This document shows positions 35,846-44,597 of a stretch of 64,000 bases of DNA, piece by piece. Source of the DNA: a bacterium (lineage in GTDB: Archaea; Thermoplasmatota; E2; JACPAO01; JAHFTW01). Where the stretch lies: the NCBI GenBank assembly GCA_040390065.1, contig JAZJZE010000002.1, positions 32,931 through 96,930 on the forward strand. Direction: 5' to 3'. The position numbers and the translations under genes were made by a program. The notes beneath the pieces were generated by a model, which was given only the letters and a program-made list of their open reading frames with translations, did no database searches and was not told the origin of the DNA. Position 1 is the stretch's first letter. Every line of letters starts with the position of its first letter.

Positions 35846-36322
35846 GTGGACCTGTCGGAAGTCCTTCCCTTTGGCCAGTTGAACTGGGTCGCCATCCTCG
35901 GCTGCGTGGTCGTGAGCATGCTCCTGGGCTACGCCTGGTATGCCCCGTTCGGCTTCGGCAAGATCTGGATGCGCGAGGAAGGCGTCACGGCGGCGGACGC
36001 AAGACGGCACATGGCGCGCGCCATCGGGGTCAGTGCCCTCGGCGCCGTGTTCGCCTCGGTCGCCATGGCGGTCGTCCTCTACCACATGAGCTTCATCGTG
36101 GACCAGTTCTTCTACGCCGACGAGTACCTGTTCAACGCCGCAGTGCTGGGCCTTGTCATCGGCCTCGGCTTCGCCGTTCCCCTGGTCATGGCCGAGGTGG
36201 GCTTTGCCGGTCGAAGCATCCGGCTGGCCGCCGTCCACGGCGGATACCGCCTCGTCCAATTCATGCTCATCGCCATCATCCTCGCGCAGTGGCCCGGCCC
36301 GCAGGACACGTTCTCCCCGTAG
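35846..36322 (+). CDS. small integral membrane protein (4 predicted TM), unknown function
   Basis: Hydrophobic segments (VAILGCVVVSMLLGYAWYAPFGF, VSALGAVFASVAMAVVLY, VLGLVIGLGFAVPLVMA, FMLIAIILAQW). Good GC3. Confidence 0.5.
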   Translation: MDLSEVLPFGQLNWVAILGCVVVSMLLGYAWYAPFGFGKIWMREEGVTAADARRHMARAIGVSALGAVFASVAMAVVLYHMSFIVDQFFYADEYLFNAAVLGLVIGLGFAVPLVMAEVGFAGRSIRLAAVHGGYRLVQFMLIAIILAQWPGPQDTFSP

Positions 36323-36628
36323 GCGAAGCCCCCGGCCGTCGCCGCCCCGAAGGGTTTTATGAGGGTCCAATGTCGCCCGCTTTGCCCCCAGTGGGCAGTT
36401 GACGCTCATGAAGCGAAGTTCCCGCGCCTGGAAGAAGCCAGGCAAGCAGCGCTGGAAATGGCGCAAGAAGAAGATGCGCCGCCGAAAGCGCGCGCAGAAG
36501 CTGCGCAAGGCGTAGGCGCATTTCCGCCTCCGCGGCGGCGTTCGCTTCCTCATCCCTTCTTCCCAACTGGATCTGTCCGCCGGCGCGGCGCAACCTTGAA
36601 GGGCCGCATCTTTGTGCGCGGACCCATC

Positions 36629-36701
36629 GGGGACTTAGGCTAACCTGGTAGACTGGCGGCCTCCAGAGCCGCTGATATGCGTTCAAATCGCATAGTCCCC
36701 A
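36629..36701 (+). tRNA. tRNA-Trp (anticodon CCA), intronless, no encoded CCA
   Basis: Folded by hand. Acceptor GGGGACU/AGUCCCC (7/7). U8. D-loop AACCUGGUA with G18G19. Anticodon stem GCGGC/GCCGC (5/5), loop CUCCAGA (U33, CCA). T-arm AUGCG/CGCAU with loop UUCAAAU. Discriminator A. D-stem is weak (one WC, two GU, one mismatch). Confidence 0.7.
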
Positions 36702-36706
36702 TTTCT

Positions 36707-37273
36707 CTAGCGCGGTCGTGGCACGGACTGAAACGTGTCGTCCCTCACGGCCGCCACATCCTGGCCTTCCGCGTCGGCGCGGGGCAAGGAACGCGGTCTT
36801 GCTGGGCGCCGCATCGTCCCTTCCGCATGACCCACCGCCACCGCGGGCACCTCGGCTGTGCGGCGCCGAACGGCGACGAGCGCCAGCGCGACCGACGTCG
36901 CCGTGACGAAGGCAACGATTGGGGCGGGCCGGAACATGCCGGGCACCAACGCAAGCGCAAGGGCGCAGAGCGCGGCGACCGCCGGGCCAAGCCCGAGGGC
37001 GACGACCACGTGGACCAGACGTTCGCGCCGGCTCGACTGCGGCAGTGACGCTTGCAACAGAAGGTAGCCGGGGGCAACGAGGGCCACGGCGCCGGCCGCC
37101 ATGCGCAGCAAGGAGCCGGGGGGCAGTGCGAATGCGGCAAGGGCACCGGCCAGGCAGACTCCGGCCGCAGCCACCACGTCCGCGTTGTGCGGCGCGGGGG
37201 CCCGGCCCCTTGGCGCGTCAGGCAATGGATCGTCGAGAGGCGCCGCAGCCCGCATGGGAAAACCTGCCCCCAT
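36707..37273 (-). CDS. hypothetical membrane protein (low confidence; may be non-coding)
   Basis: Only candidate ORF in an otherwise 680-bp gap. Divergent from the glycan operon. Hydrophobic stretches present but composition is Ala/Arg/Pro-rich and GC3 only moderate. Confidence 0.25.
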   Translation of the reverse strand: MGAGFPMRAAAPLDDPLPDAPRGRAPAPHNADVVAAAGVCLAGALAAFALPPGSLLRMAAGAVALVAPGYLLLQASLPQSSRRERLVHVVVALGLGPAVAALCALALALVPGMFRPAPIVAFVTATSVALALVAVRRRTAEVPAVAVGHAEGTMRRPARPRSLPRADAEGQDVAAVRDDTFQSVPRPR

Positions 37274-37387
37274 CGGGGGAAGATGCTTGCGCCAATCTTG
37301 TTCCGTTTGCCGCGATTGCGCGCTTGTCCCACAAACGACATGCCGCAGGGGCGTCAGACCGGTTTTGCCCCAAGGGGCGATTGCGCC

Positions 37388-39103
37388 ATGGCCGGACGAC
37401 GCTCGATTGGGCTATCCCTTCTGTGCGGGTTGATGGCCGTGGGCGCGGTGGCGCTCGGCCTATCGCTGCGGCTACGCGACCCGTTGTCGTCTCCCGTGAT
37501 GGCCGCCGAGGACCCGTTTACGCACATGGCCTTGGTGCGCAATGACCTCGACCGCGGCTCGTTTGCCCCCCTCAACGCGGGCGAAGGCCTGTATCCGCCC
37601 GGCCTGCACGCGATGGTCGCGGTCGCCGCGTCGTTCCTCGGCACGGACCTGTACACGCTTATGGTGCTGGCGCCAGCCGTCCTAGGAGCCATCGGCGTGG
37701 CCGGCGTCGCGGTCCTGTTGTGGCGCCACGAAGGCCCAGTCGCAGCGGTGGCCGGTGCGGCGGCGTGCGCCGTTGCGCCCGAGATCATCTTCCGCTCCGG
37801 CATGATGAGCCCGACCGCCATCGACCTTGCCCTGCTGCCGTGGTTCCTCCTGGCGCTTCTCGAGGTCGTGCGCGGGCGGTTCGGCTGGCTGCTCCCCGCC
37901 ACCACCCTGGCCGTGTTCACCTTGTTCGCGCATCCGTGGCTGCTCACGGTCCTAGCCATCACGGGCGTGGCCTTCGCCGTGTTCGTTGCGACGGCACCGT
38001 GGCCTCAGGGTCGCGCACCGCTTTCCAGCCGCGGTCTTGCCGCCGCCTGCTGCATCGTCGGCGTCCCCGTGGCCCTCATGCTTTGGGGTTGCGCGGGCAC
38101 CTGCGGGGCGGGCTTTCGCGACATCTTCCCCGGCGGCGACCAGTTGCGCTTCGCGGCACCGGCGGTTGCAGCCATCACCCTCGCCGTCGCAGCGGTCCTT
38201 TGGCTGGCGGCCCGCCGGCTCGATCCCCTGCTCGCTGCCCGGCGGCCGCGGCCGACGTGGGTCCGACTCATTGCTTGCGTTGGGCTTGCGGCCGCGCTGG
38301 TCGCAATCGTCGTGCCCGCCGTCCAAGACGGCATGCCGGAATTCGTCAACCTGCCACGCATGATTGGCTGGCCCATCCTCATCCTGGCGGGAGCAGCCCT
38401 CGTGGCCTTGCCCTTTGCCGCGACACCAGTTCGCACCGCGGGCGCCGCACTGGCGGCTGCGACCCTCCCGTTCGTCCTGTACAATCCCTTTCACAGTCCA
38501 TTCTGGCCACATCGCACCGCCGTGTACCTCGCCGTGGCCGCCGCGATCCTGGCTGGCGCGGCGGTCGGCCAGGCATCCAAGGCCGCCGGGGCAGCTGTCC
38601 AGCATTGGCTGCGTCGACCGCGCCGCGCGTCGAGGCTGGCCGTGGCGCCCCTTGCGCTTGCCGCGGTCGTGCTTGTCGGCGTAGCCGGCACGGCCGACGT
38701 CGTCGCCGCCACGCCCGATCCCTATGCGTGGTATCGGCTGTACAAACCCTGCGAATTCGCCGCCCTGCAGGACATCGCAACACGCCTGGCCACGGACCGG
38801 CGTACCATTGCCGTGACCGGAGATTGGCAAGCCAAACTTGTCCTTGCAGCACTGGCGCCAAACGCGTCGCGTATCTGGTTTTCCCCGTCCTTCTTCACGT
38901 CGCCTGCCCAGCGGGATGGCCTCGTTGCCACGATGCGCCATGCCGGGACCCCGCTCGTTGCCGTGGACGACCCGCTCTTGAAGATGGGGACACCCAAGGC
39001 GGACATGCATGGCTTTGCGCCGCCGGCGTGGATGGTCCTGGGGACTTGGTGCCCCGCTCCTTCACGGCCCGCCAGCGTGACCCTGTACGGGATGACTCAA
39101 TGA
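37388..39103 (+). CDS. polytopic membrane protein with C-terminal extracytoplasmic domain; candidate GT-C-fold lipid-linked-sugar transferase (ArnT/PMT/Gtr-like role, by context)
   Basis: Start at MAGRRSIGLSLLCGLMAVGAVALG (37388). Upstream part of the track ORF is Arg/Gly-rich artefact. About 11-13 hydrophobic helices over about 400 aa. First loop carries acidic EDPFTHMALVRNDLDRG. C-terminal about 150-aa soluble domain. Stop overlaps the next start (ATGA at 39100-39103). Confidence 0.55.
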   Translation: MAGRRSIGLSLLCGLMAVGAVALGLSLRLRDPLSSPVMAAEDPFTHMALVRNDLDRGSFAPLNAGEGLYPPGLHAMVAVAASFLGTDLYTLMVLAPAVLGAIGVAGVAVLLWRHEGPVAAVAGAAACAVAPEIIFRSGMMSPTAIDLALLPWFLLALLEVVRGRFGWLLPATTLAVFTLFAHPWLLTVLAITGVAFAVFVATAPWPQGRAPLSSRGLAAACCIVGVPVALMLWGCAGTCGAGFRDIFPGGDQLRFAAPAVAAITLAVAAVLWLAARRLDPLLAARRPRPTWVRLIACVGLAAALVAIVVPAVQDGMPEFVNLPRMIGWPILILAGAALVALPFAATPVRTAGAALAAATLPFVLYNPFHSPFWPHRTAVYLAVAAAILAGAAVGQASKAAGAAVQHWLRRPRRASRLAVAPLALAAVVLVGVAGTADVVAATPDPYAWYRLYKPCEFAALQDIATRLATDRRTIAVTGDWQAKLVLAALAPNASRIWFSPSFFTSPAQRDGLVATMRHAGTPLVAVDDPLLKMGTPKADMHGFAPPAWMVLGTWCPAPSRPASVTLYGMTQ

Positions 39104-39879
39104 CACCAGCACGCCCGCCTGCCTCCCACGTCACTCTCGTGGTCCCGGCCCGCAACGAGGAGGCCGCCATCCTCGACACGCTGCGAAGCCTCCCCCTCGC
39201 AACGCTACGAGCCATGGGGTTCTCCTGTGACGTCGTCGTCCTCGACGGCCACAGCCACGACCGGACCGCCGCAATCGCGGCAGCCTGGGGCGCCACCGTG
39301 GTGCCCGACCGCGAACGCGGGAAAGGGGCCGCCCTTCGCCAAGCTCGTGGCCAACTCCAGGGAGACCTCATCGTCATGCTCGACGCCGACGGCACGTACG
39401 CCGCGGACGCCGTTCCCCGCATCGTGGCGCGCCTTGCCTGGGGCTCCGCCGACGTCGTCATGGGCCGGCGCGTTCCACAGCCGGGCTCCATGAGCGCGAC
39501 GCACCGAGCTGGGAACCGACTGCTCTCCCTTGCGGCCACCGTCCTGTACGGCCGCCGCGTGCACGACGTCTGCACGGGACTGTGGGGTCTGCGCGCCCCA
39601 GTGCTTCGCCAGCTTCCGCTGCGCAGCACCGGCTTCGGCCTCGAGGCCGAACTCTTTGGCCTGTGCGTGCGCACGGGCTGCACCATCGCAGAGGTGCGCG
39701 TCGACTACCTGCCCCGGCGCGGTGTTGCAAAACTGACCCTCGGCCGCGACGGCATGCGCATCGCCCGACGGCTCGTCCGGACGCGCCTTGCACGCCTCCC
39801 GAGGCCAGATGCTGCGGCGCCCCAAGCGGCGCTCGACGCCGCCCGGCCAGCCATCCGCGTCGGGCAGGAGGGACCGTGA
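39100..39879 (+). CDS. GT2 glycosyltransferase, polyprenyl/dolichyl-phosphate sugar synthase family (Dpm1/ArnC/GtrB-like)
   Basis: VTLVVPARNEE, VVVLDGHSHDRT, LIVMLDADGTY (DAD motif), GRRV..., VCTGLWGLR. 259 aa. Start overlaps previous stop. Stop overlaps next start (GTGA at 39876-39879). Confidence 0.75.
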   Translation: MTPARPPASHVTLVVPARNEEAAILDTLRSLPLATLRAMGFSCDVVVLDGHSHDRTAAIAAAWGATVVPDRERGKGAALRQARGQLQGDLIVMLDADGTYAADAVPRIVARLAWGSADVVMGRRVPQPGSMSATHRAGNRLLSLAATVLYGRRVHDVCTGLWGLRAPVLRQLPLRSTGFGLEAELFGLCVRTGCTIAEVRVDYLPRRGVAKLTLGRDGMRIARRLVRTRLARLPRPDAAAPQAALDAARPAIRVGQEGP

Positions 39880-41363
39880 GCCCCCGCCTGGCGGCCATGG
39901 CCTTGGCCGCGGTCCTTGCCGCTGGCTGCGTGATCGGCCCTCGCGGCAGCGCATCGCGGCCGCCGTTTGCGCCGACCGTCGAATCCTGGGACTGGAACGC
40001 GACGGGTCGCGAACCGTCCCTGACACAATCGTTTGGCGCTGGCACTATGCTCGCCAACGTCGGTCGCGGCGAACTCTTCGACGTGACGCCGACGACGTAC
40101 GACATCGATGGCGATGGCGTCGACGAAGTAATCGCGCAGGGCAACGACACGCATGTGCACGTCTTCCGGCTCGATTCGGGCCGCGACGTGGCCGACCTGC
40201 CGACGACCATCCCGTCGCATTGGTACGTCGAACGCGTCCTCAACGTCGTGGCCGCCGGCGTCCTGGCACCCGGTGAGCCGCCCTCCCTTGTCGTCGCGAA
40301 CCATGCCGCGTACGTGGCCGCCTGGCGCTTCGACCGCGCCGCAAGCACGACGGATCACTTTGCTTTCCAGCGCACGTGGGAGCACAGGATGGACGGCTGC
40401 TATCCGACACCCAGCATGGACGCCGGCGTCGCCCTCGCCGATGACGGCGCAGGCCGCAAGACCATCCTCGTGCAGACGGAAGAGACCGGAATCTACGGGC
40501 TTGCGCCCGACGGCACGACCCTCTGGCACCAATGCATCGGCGGCGGCAACGCCGCGCCCGCCGTGGACGACCTCGACGGCGACGGCCGACAGGAAGCCAT
40601 CTTCGGCTCCGACGAAGGCATCCTGACCGTCGTCGATGCCGCGAGCGGCCAGCCGCGATGGGCCGTCAACGTGGCGACCGCGTACAAGACGTGGCCCGGC
40701 TCGATGAGTGTGACGCCCACGACCGCCGAACTCGACGGGCAGCCGCCGCGCGAGGTCCTGTTCACGGCCCGGCATGCCTGGAGCGCCGACGCGGCCGTCC
40801 TGCCGCAGGAGCACATGGGCATCTTCGCGGTGCACGGCGACGACAAGGGCGCCGCGACCGTGCTGTGGCACCTCGAACCGTCCTGGGCGAACCCGACGAG
40901 TTACACGCGCCTGGTCGCCACCGATTCCGACAGTGACGGCCGCATGGACATCTTCGGCATGGACTGGAACACCATCGGGCACTACCCCGGGGACTGGGAG
41001 CGCCTGAACCGTTCGCACATCTTCCGCCTCGACACCGCGGGCAACCAGGTGTGGGTGCGGACCATCGAGGCCTGGTGGTCCAACAAGGATATCGCCGTCG
41101 GGGACTTCGATGGCGACGGCCGGGCGGAAGTCCTTGCCAACGCGCCACGCCTCGGCTCCGATGGATTCTGGCGCCTCGACGCCGCGACGGGCACGACGGA
41201 AGGCACCCTGTCATTCGGCGACTGGAAGGTCCTGCGCGGCCCCGCCTTTGCGGACCTTCGCCACGACGGCCATGCCACGATGCTTGTGGCCCTCGAATCG
41301 CTTGCGACACCGGGCCGCGGCGCCCTCGTCGACGTCGACTTGGGGGGCGGGGTCGCCGCATGA
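39876..41363 (+). CDS. FG-GAP repeat beta-propeller lipoprotein
   Basis: GTG start at 39876, or ATG at 39897. Lipobox LAAVLAAGC. FG-GAP Ca-binding repeats YDIDGDGVDEVIAQG, DDLDGDGRQEAIFGSD, TDSDSDGRMDIFGMD, GDFDGDGRAEVLANA, ADLRHDGHATMLVA. Confidence 0.65.
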   Translation: MSPRLAAMALAAVLAAGCVIGPRGSASRPPFAPTVESWDWNATGREPSLTQSFGAGTMLANVGRGELFDVTPTTYDIDGDGVDEVIAQGNDTHVHVFRLDSGRDVADLPTTIPSHWYVERVLNVVAAGVLAPGEPPSLVVANHAAYVAAWRFDRAASTTDHFAFQRTWEHRMDGCYPTPSMDAGVALADDGAGRKTILVQTEETGIYGLAPDGTTLWHQCIGGGNAAPAVDDLDGDGRQEAIFGSDEGILTVVDAASGQPRWAVNVATAYKTWPGSMSVTPTTAELDGQPPREVLFTARHAWSADAAVLPQEHMGIFAVHGDDKGAATVLWHLEPSWANPTSYTRLVATDSDSDGRMDIFGMDWNTIGHYPGDWERLNRSHIFRLDTAGNQVWVRTIEAWWSNKDIAVGDFDGDGRAEVLANAPRLGSDGFWRLDAATGTTEGTLSFGDWKVLRGPAFADLRHDGHATMLVALESLATPGRGALVDVDLGGGVAA

Positions 41364-43405
41364 AACCATTCTGGGCAACTCGCCTCGTGCAAGTTGCATG
41401 CGTCCTTGCCCTCGCCGCGCCGCTGTCCATCCCGACGCCGGCTGCCGCGGCACCCACGCGCGCCCTGGCCATCACGAACGCAAGCGCGCACCCGACCGTT
41501 CCGTTTGCGGGCTTCGACGGCAACCCGCCCAAGGTCTTCGACGTCAACGGCGACGGCCGCCTCGAGATCATCGCCCAGAACGACAACCAATGGGTGTACG
41601 TCTTCGACTCGGCGTCAGGGGCCATCCTGTTCCAGGCGACGACGACGCTGCCGCCGGGCTGGGGGGCGCGTAGCTTCAATGGCCCCGAGGTGGCCCTCAT
41701 GACGCAAGGCGGCGCAGTCCACCTCGTGGTCGCCAACTCGGCGGCCACCGTCACGATGTTCCGCTTCGATGCCGTCGCGAGCACCAGCACGCACTTCGCC
41801 TTCGTGAAGGAGTGGGAACGCCGACTGTCAGACTGCTTCTCCACGCCGGGGATGGACGCCAAGCCTGTCCTGGCCGACCTCGACGGCGACGGCACGTTCG
41901 AGATCATCGCCGCCACGGAGGAGCAAGGCATCTATGCGCTGCGAGCCAACGGCCAGGTCTTGTGGAAGAACTGCATGGGCGGCGGCAACGCGGAGCCCGG
42001 CATCGGCGACTTGAACCGCGATGGCACACCCGACATCGTGTACGGCTCCGACGGTGGCATCGTCTCCGCCCTGGACGGCCGCACCGGGTCGTTCCTCTGG
42101 ACCTACAACGTGCTTGCCCACTTCAACCTGGGTTCAGGCAGCATGCCCGTGGGGCCCGCCGTTGCGCAGTTGGATGGGTTGGCAGGCCCGGACGTCGTGG
42201 TCGGCGCACGCGACAGCCACGACGCGTCGAACTGGTCGAACGACCACGCCTTGCTTCTCGCCCTCGACTCGAGCGGCCGCCTGCTGTGGGGCCGCCAGGA
42301 CCCGCAAGGCAACCCACTGACGTACAGCCATGCCGTCGTGGCCGACGCAGCAGGCGACGGCGTACCCGAGGTGTATTGGGGCGACTGGAACACGATCGGC
42401 CACAAGCCGCCGTTCGACGAGTCGCAGGCCTGGAAAGGCACGGGCCCCGCGCACTTCTACCGATATGACCGCTCGGGGAACCTGGTTTGGCGCCAGACTC
42501 TCGGCACCTGGTGGAGCAACAAGGACGTCCCACTGGCCGACGTCGACGGGGACGGGGTCCAGGACATGATCGCCAATGGCCCGAATGCAGGCGGCCACGA
42601 CGGCTTGTGGTCCCTCGACTCGCGCACCGGCGCCAAGGAATCCTTCGTCGACCTCTGGCCGTGGAAGCTCGCCCGTGCCCCCGTCGTCGCCGACCTGGCC
42701 GGAAACGGCATGATGCAACTCGTCGCCGAAGTGGGCCAGCTCGACCCGTCTGCCGGCGGCGCGGCCATCCTCGTCTACGACACCGGCAAGCCCTACAGTT
42801 CGGCGTGGCCACACCTGCCGTACCCGACTGTCGGCCCAGCGCCCCCGCCATCCGGCTTCTTCAACGCGACGTTCACCATCAAGGCCCCGAATGCGTGGTG
42901 GCAGGAACTCACCGTCACGCCGCAGACGCCGCGCACCATCACGCAGGCGCAAGTCCGCGTGTCCGGCGGCGCGTGGCTCCCAATGTCCAAGAGCTCCTGG
43001 GGGGCGTGGACGTCGTCCTACCATACCGTGGCTGGGACGAAGGTGGAATTCCTCGCCACCTCATCGGACGGCGCGCAGTCGCAGAGCCAGCCGTTTACGT
43101 GGCTCGACGGCAACCTGTCCCATGGAAGTGTCCCGCCCGGCTCGCCGCCGCCGTCCTCCTTTTCGGCGACGTTCTCGCCCTCATCCAACATCAACGAGTG
43201 GTGGGTCGAGGTGGCCGTCACCGCATCCGACCCGCTTGCCAAGGTGGAGGCCAACGTCAACGGCGGCCCGTGGACCGGCCTCGACGCAACGAGTTGGGGG
43301 ACTTGGGCCAAGAGCTTCCACGTCGCAAGCGGCTCCGCCGTGCAGTTCCGTGCAACGAGCACCTCGGGCGACGCGGCGACAAGCAGCACGTACACCTGGC
43401 CGTGA
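41360..43405 (+). CDS. FG-GAP repeat beta-propeller secreted protein with C-terminal beta-sandwich (carbohydrate-binding-like) domains
   Basis: ATG overlaps previous stop (ATGA). Signal peptide. FG-GAP repeats FDVNGDGRLEIIAQND, ADLDGDGTFEIIAAT, GDLNRDGTPDIVYGSD, ADAAGDGVPEVYWGD, ADVDGDGVQDMIANG, ADLAGNGMMQLVA. Two C-terminal about 100-aa repeats (..WWQELTVTPQ..VRVSGGAW.. / ..WWVEVAVTASD..VNGGPW..). Confidence 0.65.
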   Translation: MKPFWATRLVQVACVLALAAPLSIPTPAAAAPTRALAITNASAHPTVPFAGFDGNPPKVFDVNGDGRLEIIAQNDNQWVYVFDSASGAILFQATTTLPPGWGARSFNGPEVALMTQGGAVHLVVANSAATVTMFRFDAVASTSTHFAFVKEWERRLSDCFSTPGMDAKPVLADLDGDGTFEIIAATEEQGIYALRANGQVLWKNCMGGGNAEPGIGDLNRDGTPDIVYGSDGGIVSALDGRTGSFLWTYNVLAHFNLGSGSMPVGPAVAQLDGLAGPDVVVGARDSHDASNWSNDHALLLALDSSGRLLWGRQDPQGNPLTYSHAVVADAAGDGVPEVYWGDWNTIGHKPPFDESQAWKGTGPAHFYRYDRSGNLVWRQTLGTWWSNKDVPLADVDGDGVQDMIANGPNAGGHDGLWSLDSRTGAKESFVDLWPWKLARAPVVADLAGNGMMQLVAEVGQLDPSAGGAAILVYDTGKPYSSAWPHLPYPTVGPAPPPSGFFNATFTIKAPNAWWQELTVTPQTPRTITQAQVRVSGGAWLPMSKSSWGAWTSSYHTVAGTKVEFLATSSDGAQSQSQPFTWLDGNLSHGSVPPGSPPPSSFSATFSPSSNINEWWVEVAVTASDPLAKVEANVNGGPWTGLDATSWGTWAKSFHVASGSAVQFRATSTSGDAATSSTYTWP

Positions 43406-43409
43406 TGCC

Positions 43410-44597
43410 ATGGAGCCGTTGCGCCTGACCCTCGTCTCCCCATTCGACCCGAGCCCGCCGGAACGCGCCGACCGCCGAGCCCACGTCGGCGGCGTCGAAC
43501 GCGCCTACCTTGAGACCGCCCGCCTGCTTGCGGCGCGGGGCCATGACGTCACCCTCGTCTGCTCGAGTGCCGGTCGCCACAACGTGGCCGTGGAGCACGG
43601 CGTCCTCATGGTGCGTCGGCCGCGACGCATGACAATCCTTCGCGCCCCCGTGGCGAGCCTCGCCAAGGAAATCGGCCGCGACGGCGGCCTCGTCCAGGTC
43701 GCGGCAACGTACCCGTTCACGACGGGCCCGGTGCTGCGCCGTGCGCGCCGCCTCGGGCTTCCAGCAGTGCTGGACTTCCACTTCGAACCCGTGCCCGGGA
43801 GCGTGCTTGGCCGCCTCGGAGCCGCCGCCTTCCGCCGCGCAGGGCCGCGCGCCTATTCCCTGGCCGACGCCGTCATCGTACGCTCCCTTGGCTATGCGCA
43901 GAGCGCCCCGAGCCTGGCGAACGTGCCGCCGTCGGCCCTCCGCGTCGTTCCCAACGGCATCGCCACCGAACGCTTCCGGCCCGCCTCGGACGCAACCCGC
44001 GAAGGCCACATCCTCTTCGTCGGGCGGCTGGTCCCATACAAGGGCCTCGACGTCCTGCTGGACGCCCTGCACGGCCTGCGAGCCCGCGTTCCGCTGGTGG
44101 TGGCCGGGGACGGGCCGCTGCGCCGCCGACTGGAAGGCAGAGCCCGACGGCTTGGCCTCCCCGTGCGATTCCTCGGGCGGGTGCCAGACGACGCCCTACC
44201 TCGCCTCTACCAACAGGCGGAAGCCACCGTCCTGCCCAGCGTCAACAGCCAGGAAGCGTTCGGCATCACGCTGCTCGAGAGCATGGCATGCGGGACGCCC
44301 GTCATCGCGTCGGACCTTCCGGGCGTCGGCATGGTTGCCCGCCTGGGCGGCGTCGTCGCCCGCCCCGCAGATGCGCGCAGCCTCGCGGGCGCCATCCGGG
44401 CCGCACTCTCTGGCCCGCCGCTTCCGCGGGGCCGAGCGCTCGCCGACCGCATCCACGCCGACTTCTCGTGGTCTGCCGTGACGGACCGCCTCGAAAGCGT
44501 GTACAAGGAGGTCCTTGCCGCCCATGCGGACCGGGGTCGCTCGGGCGGCCGGGAGGTGACAAGCCATGCGCATCCTCGCGGCCAGCCCGTACTATGA
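43410..44597 (+). CDS. GT4-family glycosyltransferase
   Basis: N-terminal GT-B domain. C-terminal ILFVGRLVPYKGLDVLLDA, ...EAFGITLLESMACGTPVIASDLPGV. Starts 5 nt after the previous stop. Confidence 0.75.
   Translation: MEPLRLTLVSPFDPSPPERADRRAHVGGVERAYLETARLLAARGHDVTLVCSSAGRHNVAVEHGVLMVRRPRRMTILRAPVASLAKEIGRDGGLVQVAATYPFTTGPVLRRARRLGLPAVLDFHFEPVPGSVLGRLGAAAFRRAGPRAYSLADAVIVRSLGYAQSAPSLANVPPSALRVVPNGIATERFRPASDATREGHILFVGRLVPYKGLDVLLDALHGLRARVPLVVAGDGPLRRRLEGRARRLGLPVRFLGRVPDDALPRLYQQAEATVLPSVNSQEAFGITLLESMACGTPVIASDLPGVGMVARLGGVVARPADARSLAGAIRAALSGPPLPRGRALADRIHADFSWSAVTDRLESVYKEVLAAHADRGRSGGREVTSHAHPRGQPVL

Noticed and set aside
37052-37387. N-terminal 112 codons of the track ORF 37052-39103, and ORF 37720-39879 upstream of 39100
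   Set aside because: Arg/Gly-rich read-through in high-GC DNA. The genuine starts (37388 and 39100) coincide with signal-anchor sequences and with stop-start overlaps of the operon.
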